A program made the position numbers and the translations under genes. From Mobula birostris (taxonomy: Eukaryota): DNA of 64,000 nucleotides. The notes beneath the pieces were generated by a model, which did not search any database, had not been told where the DNA came from, and worked only from the letters and a program-made list of their open reading frames with translations. Each line of letters opens with the position of its first letter. Positions within the stretch are counted from its first letter, which is position 1. Location: positions 63,133,107 through 63,197,106 of the forward strand of contig NC_092378.1 in the NCBI RefSeq assembly GCF_030028105.1, given 5' to 3'. Shown one piece after another: positions 26,001 through 37,800 of the stretch.

Positions 26001-26974
26001 TCCTTCTTAAGGGACTAAAAAATCTTATGTCAATATAGCACAATTATTTTGTTATACTGTAAACCCTCCCCTTCTATAATCCCTGTTATTACATCATCAT
26101 CCCATGAGGTATGTTGTCCAGGCAGATTAGATGTTACTCAGATCATTTCCTTGCTTGCATTAAGATACTTTGCAATTCATTTAGTTTATCTTCCAACAGC
26201 CCTTTTAAAATAATTTTCTAGTTATGCTGAAGAGTCCACACCTAAATATTCTGACTAAGCATTCTGGCTGAAGTATTAGCTTTCTTTCCCATTCCTCACC
26301 CCCACCAATGCTGTCTAAGACCTTCTAAATGTTGGATGTGCATTTTTGTTTCTGTTTACTTGGAGCATGGTTATCAAGCTGTTAAGTTTTTAAAGTAGTA
26401 TTAAGAATGCTGATCAGGCATTAAGCATTTTCTTCTCATACCATCTCAATATACTTATGTATGGAATGAGCTATCTGAATGACACACAGAGAAAAGCTTT
26501 CACTGTGTCTCAGCACACGTGACAATAATAAATCAATCCCAGTTTCAACCGCAGGTGGAAAATTTTAATTCAAATAATTAAATCTGGATAAAGAGGTTAG
26601 CATCACTCATCATCACGAAATCAATGAAATGTCAGTGACCCACATTCCCCCCCCCCCAACAAGGAAAGACAATTACACCTCTCCATCTGGTCCATACCAA
26701 ACTCAAGTCTCAAACTGGTTGGTTCTTAGCAACCAGTAAGGATGTTGGATAAATTTCAGCCTTGCTAGTAACATCCCCAATCCCATGGATGTAAAGTTGA
26801 GAGTAACACCTCAACTGTGGATGACACCAATGATAAACACCAGAGTCTCTGAAGGGACAGCCAGCACAGCTCCCAATTTATTCAGCATCTCTTGCAGTCT
26901 TTTCAGGCACTCTTAAGAACTCCTTCTGTCATGGCCTTGGGGTTTCGCCCACTTTTCCAAGGGAAAAATAGATC

Positions 26975-27420
26975 AGTATAGCACAGAAACAGGCCCTTCA
27001 GACATAGATGTCTGTGCAAAACACAATATCAAATTAAACCGAATCACTTCTGCCTGTACATGATCCATATCCCTCCATTCCCCGCATATTCACGTGTTCG
27101 TCTAAAAATCTCTTAAATGGCACTGTCATATCTGCTTCCACCACTACCCCGAGAGCCCGCTCCAAGCACCTACTACTCTGTAAATACTTAACCTACACAT
27201 CTCCCTTAAACCTTCCCCCTCTCGTCTTAAATGCATGCCCTCATTTGATATTTCTACCCGAAGATAAAGAAACCCTACCCCATCTATGCCCCACATAATT
27301 TTATGAACTTCTCCCCTCACCCTCCAGAGAAAACAACTCAAATTTGTCCAACTACTCCTTATAGCTGATACCTGGTGAACCTCTTCTGTGCCCTTTCCAA
27401 AACCTCCATATCCTCCCTGT
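26975..27420 (-). mobile_element. CR1-type LINE 3' end
   Basis: Reverse CR1 tail (cacagaaacaggcccttc) and RVVGAW motif. Confidence 0.65.
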
Positions 27421-27789
27421 AATGAGACAGTAACTAACAGCTAATAGAAACATAGAAAATAGGTGCAGGAGTAGGCCATTCGGCCCTTCGAGCCTGCACC
27501 GCCATTTATTATGATCATGGCTGATCATCCAACTCAGAACCCCGCCCCAGCCTTCCCTCTTAATGTTTTGTTTTAAAGTTTACTTCTTGCCATTTTAAGT
27601 AGGCTGACAAGATATACACGTCATTGGCAACGCCATCGTTTAGCATGAGTGAAGAGGCGACTACACATTGGTTTGGAATCAGATATAAAACACATTTGGG
27701 TAAAGACAGCAAGGACCTTCCTGGAAGGTCACAAGTGATCCTGATGGATAGAGGACACAGAATTATTTTAATTCAGTAACTCAACCAGC

Positions 27790-28800
27790 AGACCTCCGTG
27801 AGATGACCAAGAAATACGGACAGAGTGCGATACTGTACTTTGGTTGGGAAGACACGACCTACTTGCTGCTCATACTCACCATTCCAGCCCCCCGCTACCT
27901 ACTACAGTGCGCCGCTCAGAAACCCTCGCCCCATCCCTGGCACATCGCCGCCGATAACTTGGTTCCGCAGCTCAGCAGATGGCATTATTTCATCCCTGAA
28001 AACCGCTTAAAATAATTCGGCAGCCTTCCGGCTTTATTTCACACCAACAGATTACTTCTAAGGGGAGGGGGGGGATGGAGTAAAACGGAAGAGATAGAAG
28101 TGATTGTTTCACTCCCCGCTCTCCAAACCGGAATACGGCGGAGGAAGCCATTGAGCGACGGAATAACCGTTGGGAATCCACCAACGTGGAGAGGGGGAGC
28201 ACTGAAATAAACGTGATAATAAATTTATTTTTATTTCATTTAAAGAAAAATTGTTTGATATTGCACGATTTATTATGTCAATACTCCAGAAATAATCTAT
28301 TTACTCCAGGAGTATATCTGGGATGTTTTTAATAATTGTCCTCTGTTATCCCTCCCCCCTCTCCGGAGGTGCGGGAGCCCGGCAGCCCCTGCTGCAGTGA
28401 CTAGGCACCCCCTTTGTTCAGGTGAGCGGTTGAAGCAGCAAGGCTTCGGCGGAGAACGAGAGGAAGGCTGGGGTGACCCTGTTCTTTCCCCTGCTCGACT
28501 ATCCACGAACCGGTTTCCCGCCTGTGATCATGGAAGCACCGGCCCCGGACCCGCCGCCTGGATACGCGCTGCACTGGTGAGCGAAACCGAGAGCAATGCC
28601 AGGTCCCGGGCGCCGACCTCTCTCCTCCTCCGTCACGGACGCTACTGACCCATCCCTTGTGTCTCTATCTTCAGGTACAACTCCACGGCCCCACAGTCTG
28701 CGGCGGTTCAGCCGACTGATTGCCATCCACCGCCCGGGCCTGTGCATCCGGCGCCGGAGGCCGCACAAGGTAAGGAAAGCCGACCAGTCCGTATCTTGCC
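27790..28800. promoter_or_regulatory. CpG island / bidirectional promoter shared by UQCC6 (-) and TDG (+)
   Basis: CpG-rich. Minus-strand donor GTGAGT at 27879-27874 (probable end of UQCC6 non-coding exon 1); TDG ATG at 28530; several CGGAA (ETS-like) and GCCAT (YY1-like) motifs at 27975-28165. Confidence 0.75.
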
Positions 28801-31800
28801 ATTGAACACAACTCGAAGTTAACTTTTACAGTAAATGTATCTGGTTCAGGATTTTAGCGTCTTAAAACTGGAGGCGGACGTTGGCATTGTCATACTAGGG
28901 AATGCCATACTGTCTGAGGTGCGGTCTAGGAGACCAGTCAGAGTTCTACAGAACTGGTTTATTCTGAGAAAAGTACCTAACCGAGCTAGTCCCATTCGCT
29001 TGTGATTGGCTCGGATCCCCCTAAATCTCCCGTTTAAATTTACCTGGCCAAATGCCGTTTAAACATCGTAATCGTACCTGCCTCTACCACTTTCTCTGGC
29101 CGCTCCTTCCAATGTACTGTGAAAAAAAATTGTCCTTAGGTTCTCTTTACATTGTTTCCCTCTCACTTTAAACCTATACCTTCTAGTTTTAGACTTCCCC
29201 TACTCTGGGGCCATTTGCCTTACGTTTTCCCCTCACAATAATAGGATCAGCCTGTTGCACTTCAGGAAAAACAAACCCAGTCTCTCCTTATAATTCAAAA
29301 CCATCTAGTCTGGACAGCATCAGGTGGCAGTTAAAGATTCCATGCACCTGCGTCCAAGAGCAGCTTTATCATTCCTCAATATAATTATATTGGAATGTTG
29401 GCTTGGTTCCACAACTCTAAATGTAGGAGCTCACTATCCACCAACTGGTTATCCTGTCCCTAAGATTAAGATTAGCATTATTCCTTACGTGTCTTTGAAA
29501 TATACAGTGAAAGGCGTAATTTTATATCAACGACCAACACAGTCGGAGGACATCACCATGCTTCCTGCACCAACCTACAACTTAATAGCCTTAACTCACA
29601 CGCCTTTGGAATGTGGGAGAAAACCAGGTGCGCAGGTTTCAGGGGGAAACTCAAAGTTCAAAGTCAAGTTATTAGCAAAGTGCATATGTCAGTATATACA
29701 ACCCTGAGATTCATTTTCTTGCAGGCATACTCAATAAATCCATAAATGAATATTAACCATAATAAAATCCATGAAAAACCAGACCAGCTTTGTGTAAGTG
29801 AAAAGGAGGTTAGAGTACGGGCTAGGAAGGGTTAAATGGTGTATGTGACCTGGAAAATATAGCAGTGGTGGGAACTAGACAACAGAACCGGGCACGGTTA
29901 GGATGTTGCAACTGCATGCTCATCACTTAGAATAGAAGCGCTTACTGACCTGTACCTCTGCACGTGAAGCTGTTGTGACCATGATGAAATTGCTAACCAC
30001 AAAACCTTCATAAGCGTGGACAGGGGAAACAGGTGCTAACTGAAACAACACACATCAAAGTTGCTGGTGAACGCAGCAGGCCAGGCAGCATCTCTAGGAA
30101 GAGGTGCAGTCGACGTTTCAGGCCGAGACCCTTCGTCAGGACTAACTGAAGGAAGAGTGAGTATGGGATTTGAAAGTTGGAGGGGGAGGGGGAGATCCAA
30201 AATGATAGGAGAAGACAGGAGGGGGAGGGATGGAGCCAAGAGCTGGACAGGTGATTGGCAAAAGGGGATACGAGAGGATCATGGGACAGGAGGTCTGGGA
30301 AGAAAGACAAGGGGGGGGGACCCAGAGGATGGGCAAGAGGTATATTCAGAGGGACAGAGGGAGAAAAAGGAGAGTGAGAGAAAGAATGTGTGCATAAAAA
30401 TAAGTAACAGATGGGGTACGAGGGGGAGGTGGGGCCTAGCGGAAATTAGAGAAGTCGATGTTCATGCCATCAGGTTGGAGGCTACCCAGACGGAATATAA
30501 GGTGTTGTTCCTCCAACCTGAGTGTGGCTTCATCTTTACAGTAGAGGAGGCTGTGGATAGACATGTCAGAATGGGAATGGGATGTGGAATTAAAATGTGT
30601 GGCCACTGGGAGATCCTGCTTTCTCTGGCGGACAGAGCGTAGATGTTCAGCAAAGCGGTCTCCCAGTCTGCGTCGGGTCTCGCCAATATATAAAAGGCCA
30701 CATCGGGAGCACCGGACGCAGTATATCACCCCAGTCGACTCACAGGTGAAGTGTCGCCTCACCTGGAAGGACTGTTTGGGGCCCTGAATGGTGGTAAGGG
30801 AGGAAGTGTAAGGGCATGTGTAGCACTTGTTCCGCTTACACGGATAAGTGCCAGGAGGGAGATCAGTGGGGAGGGATGGGGGGGACGAATGGACAAGGGA
30901 GTTGTGTAGGAAGCGATCCCTGCGGAATGCAGAGAGGGGGGGGGGGAGGGAAAGATGTGCTTAGTGGTGGGATCCCGTTGGAGGTGGCGGAAGTTACGGA
31001 GAATAATATGTTGGACCCGGAGGCTGGTGGGGTGGTAGGTGAGGACCAGGGGAACCCTATTCCTAGTGGGGTGGCGGGAGGATGGAGTGAGAGCAGATGT
31101 ACGTGAAATGGGGGAGATGCGTTTAAGAGCAGAGTTGATAGTGGAGGAAGGGAAGCCCCTTTCTTTAAAAAATGAAGACATCTCCCTCGTCCTAGAATGA
31201 AAAGCCTCTTCCTGAGAGCAGATGCGGCGGAGACGGAGGAATTGTGAGAAGGGGATGGCATTTTTGCAAGAGACAGGGTGAGAAGAGGAATAGTCTAGAT
31301 AGCTGTGAGAGTCAGTAGGCTTATAGTAGACATCAGTGGATAAGCTGTCTCCAGAGACAGAGACAGAAAGATCTAGAACGGGGAGGGAGGTGTCGGAAAT
31401 GGACCAGGTAAACTTGAGGGCAGGGTGAAAGTTGGAGGCAAAGTTAATAAAGTCAACGAGTTCTGCATGCATGCAGGAAGCAGCGCCAATGCAGTCATCG
31501 ATGTAGCGAAGGAAAAGTGGGGGACAGATTCCAGAATAGGCACGGAACATAGATTGTTCCACAAACCCAACAAAAAGGCAGGCATAGCTAGGACCCATAC
31601 GGGTGCCCATAGCTACACCTTTAGTTTGGAGGAAGTGGGAGGAGCCAAAGGAGAAATTATTAAGAGTAAGGACTAATTCCGCTAGACGGAGCAGAGTGGT
31701 GGTAGAGGGGAACTGATTAGGTCTGGAATCCAAAAAGAAGCGTAGAGCTTTGAGACCTTCCTGATGGGGGATGGAAGTATATGAGGACTGGACATCCATG

Positions 31801-34800
31801 GTGAAAATAAAGCAGTGAGGGACAGGGAACTTAAAATCATCGAAAAGTTTAAGAGCGTGAGAAGTGTCACGAACATAGGTCGGAAGGGATTGAACAAGGG
31901 GTGATAAAACAGTGTCGAGGTATGCAGAAATGAGTTTGGTGGGGCAGGAGCAAGCTGAGACAATAGGTCGGCCAGGACAGGCAGGTTTGTGGATCTTGGG
32001 TAGGAGGTAGAAACGGGAAGTGCGAGGTGTGGGAACTATAACCAGCCTTGAACTCCAGGCCGGGTCTTTATGTGCTGCTGTTGTGACTCCCGTCTCCCCT
32101 TCCCCCACCAATACTCTGCAACCCTGTCTCCTTCAGATCCCATCGTCAGCTCCTGGGTCCTCAGAGGCTCCACCTTCCTCTCACCCCAACCCTCCCCTCT
32201 CCATTGACACCCCCAGCCTCCCCCCTCCCCCCTCTGATCCCAGCTGTCAAGATTCCAGCCTTGAACTCCAGGCCGGGTCTTTATATGCTGCTGTTGTGAC
32301 TCCCGTCTCCCCTTCCCCCACCACCACTCCGCAGCCCCGTCTTCCTCAGATCCCACCGTCAACTCCTGGGCCCTCGGAGGCTCCATCTTCCTCTCACCCC
32401 AACCCTCCCCTCTCCATTGACACCCCCAGCCTCCCCCCTCCCCCCTCTGATCCCAGCCCTCATCCGTGCTGGGTCTTTACCATCCCCTCCAACCTTCAAC
32501 TGTCGGAGGCAGAACGCTCGGTCCTCAGTAAGGGCCTCACCTTTGTCCCCCTTCGCCCACACCTCAGCGAGTTCCGTGTTCGCCACGATGCGGAACTTTT
32601 CTTCCGCCGTCTCCATCTCCGAGCCTACTTCTTCGGCAAGGACTCTTCCACCCCCACCGATGACCCCTTCTCCCGTCTTCAACGCTCCTCTTCTTCATGG
32701 ACACCCTGCTCTGGTCTTCTGCCTGCTCTGGATCTCTTTATCGCTAACTGCCGACGGGACGTCAACCGTCTCGACTTTACCGCACCTTGTCCCCATTCCA
32801 ACCTCACTCCTTCAGAACGCTCTGGTCTCCACTCCCTCCGCACTAATCCTAACCTTATTATTAAACCCGCCAATAAGGGGGGTGCTGTTGTAGTCTGGCG
32901 TACTGACTTCTACCTTGCCGAGGCACAGCGACAACTCGCGGATACCTCCTCTTATTTACCCCTCGATCATGACCCCACTAAGGAGCACCAGGCCATTGTC
33001 TCCCACACCATCACCAACTTTATCCGCTCAGGGGATCTCCCATCCACTGCTACCAACCTTATAGTTCCCACACCCCGCACTTCCCTTTTCTACCTCCTAC
33101 CCAAGATCCACAAACCTGCCTGTCCTGGCCGACCTATTGTCTCAGCTTGCTCCTGCCCCACCGAACGCATTTCTGCATACCTCGACACTGTTTTATCACC
33201 CCTTGTTCAATCCCTTCCGACCTATGTTCGTGACACTTTTCACGCTCTTAAACTTTTCGATGATTTTAAGTTCCCTGGCCCTCACCGCTTTATTTTCACC
33301 ATGGATGTCCGGTCCTTATATATTTCCATCCCCCATCAGGAAGATCTCAAAGCTCTACGCTTCCTTTTGGATTCCAGACCTAATCAGTTCCCCTGTACCA
33401 CCACTCTGCTCCGTCTAGCGGAATTAGTCCTTACTCTTAATAATTTCTCCTTTAGCTCCTCCCACTTCCTCCAAACTAAAGGTGTAGCTATGGGCACCCG
33501 TATGGGTCCTAGCTATGCCTGCCTTTTTGTTGGGTTTGTGGAACAATCTATGTTCCGTGCCTATTCTGGTATCTGTCCCCCACTTTTCCTTCGCTACATC
33601 GATGACTGCATTGGCGCTGCTTCCTGCACGCATGCAGAACTCGTTGACTTTATTAACTTTGCCTCCAACTTTCACCCTGCCCTCAAGTTTACCTGGTCCA
33701 TTTCCGACACCTCCCTCCCCGTTCTAGATCTTTCTGTCTCTGGAGACAGCTTATCCACTGATGTCTACTATAAGCCTACTGACTCTCACAGCTATCTGGA
33801 CTATTCCTCTTCTCACCCTGTCTCTTGCAAAAATGCCATCCACTTCTCGCAATTCCTCCGTCTCCGCCGCATCTGCTCTCAGGATGAGGCTTTTCATTCC
33901 AGGACGAGGGAGATGTCTTCATTTTTTAAAGAAAGGGGCTTCCCTTCCTCCACTATCAACTCTGCTCTTAAACGCATCTCCCCCATTTCACGTACATCTG
34001 CTCTCACTCCATCCTCCCGCCACCCCACTAGGAATAGGGTTCCCCTGGTCCTCACCTACCACCCCACCAGCCTCCGGGTCCAACATATTCTCCGTAACTT
34101 CCGCCACCTCCAACGGGATCCCACCACTAAGCACATCTTTCCCTCCCCACCTCTCTCTGCATTCCGCAGGGATCGCTCCCTACACAACACCCTTGTCCAT
34201 TCGTCCCCCCCATCCCTCCCCACTGATCTCCTTCCTGGCACTTATCCGTGTAAGCGGAACAAGTGCTACACATGCCCTTACACTTCCTCCCTTACCACCA
34301 TTCAGGGCCCCAAACAGTCCTTCCAGGTGAGGCGACACTTCACCTGTGAGTCGACTGGGGTGATATACTGCATCCAGTGCTCCCGATGTGGCCTTTTATA
34401 TATTGGCGAGACCCGACGCAGACTGGGAGACCGCTTTGCTGAACATCTACGCTCTGTCCGCCAGAGAAAGCAGGATCTCCCAGTGGCCACACATTTTAAT
34501 TCCACATCCCATTCCCATTCTGACATGTCTATCCACAGCCTCCTCTACTGTAAAGATGAAGTCACACCCAGGTTGGAGGAACAACACCTTATATTCCGTC
34601 TGGGTAGCCTCCAACCTGATGGCATGAACATCGACTTCTCTAATTTCTGCTAGGCCCCACCTCCCCCTCGTACCCCATCTGTTACTTATTTTTATGCACA
34701 CATTCTTTCTCTCACTCTCCTTTTTCTCCCTCTGTCCCTCTGAATATACCTCTTGCCCATCCTCTGGGTCCCCCCCCTTGTCTTTCTTCCCGGACCTCCT

Positions 34801-37800
34801 GTCCCATGATCCTCTCGTATCCCCTTTTGCCAATCACCTGTCCAGCTCTTGGCTCCATCCCTCCCCCTCCTGTCTTCTCCTATCATTTTGGATCTCCCCC
34901 TCCCCCTCCAACTTTCAAATCCCTTACTCACTCTTCCTTCATTTAGTCCTGACGAAGGGTCTCAGCCTGAAACATCAACTGCACCTCTTCCTAGAGATGC
35001 TGCCTGGCCTGCTGCGTTCACCAGCAACTTTGATGTGTGTTGCTTGAATTTCCAGCATCTGCAGAATTCCTGTTGTTTGCTAACTGAAACCATGTCTTTT
35101 GGATATAAATGTAACCTTGTACTAGTGCTACACACACATCTTCCTAGAGATGCTGCCTGGCCTGCTGCGTTCACCAGCAACTTTTATGTGTGTTGCTTGA
35201 ATTTCCAGCACCTGCAGAATTCCTGTTGTTTGTACTAGTGCTAGGCAGAGTTGATTGCCAGACGCTGCAGATGCGTATGGTGGTTACCTCTCCTCGGATC
35301 AAATTAAATAAAGAATTGATCGAGCGAAAACGTGGCCTCTGAGTGTTTTCTCCGACTGAATAACGAATCGGTATGGACAATTTGGCGAGCCAGCCAGGAG
35401 TTCCAACGGGAGCCTCCAGCGATCCTGGTGTTAGTGAACTAGCGATCCACTGGATGCCACTGAGACGGACGGCCCACGGGGTGACTTTCTCCCGGTCCTC
35501 TCACGGTCTCCTTTGGTTGCTTGTTCCCCTCAGGGTTCCTGTTGAGATGCTCAGCGGACTCCACGGACCACAGTCGGTAGAGGCCACGAGGGTAAGTGGT
35601 TTTAACGTTGATTCATTTCTGATAAGAGAATCTGTATGAGAAATAGTGTCTGAAAAACGGGGAGTCGGGGACTCCGGGGCCAGGGGCCGACGCGCAGAGA
35701 AATAATGTCTGAAAAACGGGGAGTGGGGGACTCCGGGGCCAGGGGCCGACGCGCAGAGAAATAGTGTCTGAAACACGGGGAGTCGGGGACTCCGAGGCCG
35801 GGGCCGACGCGCAGAGAAACAGTGTCTGAAAGACGGGGAGTCTGGGACCCTGAGGCCAGGGGCCGGCGCGCAGAGAAACAGTGTCTGAAAGACGGGGAGT
35901 TGGGGACCCCGAGGCCAGGGGCCGGCGCGCAGAGAAACAGTGTCTGAAAGGCGGGGAGTTGGGGACCCCGAGGCCAGGGGCCGGCGCGCAGAGAAACAGT
36001 GTCTGAAAGACAGGGAGTCGGGGACCCCGAGGCCAGGGGCCGGCGCGCAGGATTTGTTTTGGAGGTCTGGGACCTCAATGAGGGGTCAGAATCCCCGAAG
36101 TATTGTGAGTATTAAAGCCTGCCGGTGCTAATAAATTGGTCAGCAGATCATTGGTAGTGACCTATTACATTTTTCTTTAAGTGTGTTACAGCAAGTTGGT
36201 CAGCGGGTTAGTGGCAGTAACCTATTACATTTTGAAGCTGGTAACCATTCTAATTGGCGTAGGAGGGGATGGGGCGTGTAGATTAAATTGATCAGCACAG
36301 GGCAGAGCAGACGTTTGGCCAAACACAGGGGAAGTGGCTCTCCCCTGCAGTCTATCTGGATGCTGTAAAAACATTTTGGGGTACACTTATGAACTAGTGG
36401 AAATCTCGCTTTTCTACGAGTGACTGAGTTGGGGTTGCCTCGCACACGAGTACTGCAGTAAAAAGAATCAGGGAGGGGCGGATGATATTTCACTGAAACT
36501 GCATCCAGCCTTAGACCAGTTGTCAAGAGGGGAAATCCCCCTCGCGAAGGTCAGGACCTTGAAGTGGATGCGGGTGTAAAGTGATAAACATGGGTCAGAC
36601 TTTGGATAAGGGGGACATTACCACCCCACTCGGAAAGATGTGTAAGGAGAATCCGGAGCTAGAAAAGAATCTAAGATTCTTAGTGCGCGCTTAAATAAAA
36701 GATTGGGGGGGGGGCAGGAATTGGCAGTTGGGGGGAACTTGGGACCTGGACAAATGCAAAAAAAGCAGTGACTGAAGTCTGGAGGCAAAATTGCTCTCAA
36801 TAATGCAAAGATTTGATTACGAAATGGGTAAAGTAGCGGACAGATTAAGTGAGCATTCCAGACAGACATACTGGGAAGAAAGTGCCAAAAAAAAATGGAA
36901 CGTCCCTATTACTAATGATCAGGGCCAGGTCTGACCATATGTGGTTTTAAAAAGGCCTTATGTGAGTTATTTGATAAACAACAAATTAAATCAACTGGGA
37001 AAGGTGCACCTTTGGATATGTCAGGACTGCAGATTTTATTTGACACCGACGAAGAAACCGACCATGAGGGTGTAATAGTTCCTTCAGCCCCTGCAGGAAT
37101 CCCACTCCCTCCCCCACCCGGTTTACCAGATCCTTCAGGTCAGGTCTGGAAACCACCCCCCTATTCTCCTATCCCCACATCAACCCCAGTGACGGCCCCC
37201 GTCCCGGCATCCTCCATACTTCCCGGGACTATTACTAATGGCGGATCTGATACCCCACTATTTTCGGACTATGTTGCTACCCGAACTCGCTCGTGGGCCA
37301 CACAGCACTCCCAGATTCCAGTCCCAAAGCCCCGGCCGAAGCGCAACGCGGTGGCTCGCCAGCTGATGGGCTGTTGGGCAATGCTCCCACCCCGGACCCC
37401 CAGAACCCAACTCTAATTTTGGTTATGATTCCGGGAATGACTGGTCTCTGTTGACCCGACAATTCCCACTTAGGACTGTGCAACAGCGGTTTTGGCACAA
37501 ACATGCGGAGACCAATGCCGTCCGGTTCCCTACTATTCTGTAGCCTTGGACCCAGTGGCCCAGGGCTTTCCCCCGTGTACTAAAGCATTACCCGTCGTCT
37601 ACAGCATGGTCACGGCAGCTGCTAATATCACCCCTTCAGCAGCCAGTAACAGTTTATACCTCCCACATGATTATGGCGCTGCTCACTACACACAGTATTC
37701 AACATCTTACCCAGGCCCGCCTTAATCGATACAAGATTGCCCTCCTTCAGAACCCTCTCCCTACTTTTGAATATTGCTCTGCTATCAATCCAGCATCCTT

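Larger units (their letters stand above)
30047..35077 (+). mobile_element. Penelope-like retroelement (Neptune-type) with 5' inverted arm
   Basis: 13-bp TSD TGCTAACTGAAAC (30034-30046 / 35078-35090). Inverted arm 30047-32041 mirrors 33060-35041; forward arm 32042-35077 ends in a 36-nt unpaired tail. Confidence 0.95.
29791..35379 (+). repeat. 5' LTR, split by two Penelope-like insertions (LTR pieces 29791-30046, 35078-35130, 35230-35379)
   Basis: After removing the insertions and one TSD copy each, it aligns ungapped to the 3' LTR with 11 substitutions in 432 bp; TATAAA 35104, AATAAA 35307. Confidence 0.93.

Noticed and set aside
28300-28421. Alternative coding first exon of TDG ending at CAG|GTGAGC (28421)
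   Set aside because: In-frame TAG at 28402 and no ATG; the exon at 28530-28576 fits better. It could still be non-coding.
30061-30642. Recurrent short ORFs such as [15 protein letters not shown] (also 34962, 59657, 60360)
   Set aside because: Antisense or off-frame translations of the PLE pLTR, not genes.
32020-34653. 877-aa ORF as a domesticated host gene or telomerase
   Set aside because: It has TSDs and pLTRs, its start codon comes from the inverted arm, it has a GIY-YIG domain, and differences from the twin arm are largely amino-acid changing, as expected for neutral decay.
34944-34981. Selection against sense-strand ribozymes in TDG
   Set aside because: This sense copy is mutated, but the sense copy in intron 9 is intact and an antisense copy is mutated; CpG decay explains the pattern.
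35638-36050. CRISPR-like array
   Set aside because: Head-to-tail units without unique spacers, inside a retroviral leader in a eukaryote; no cas genes.
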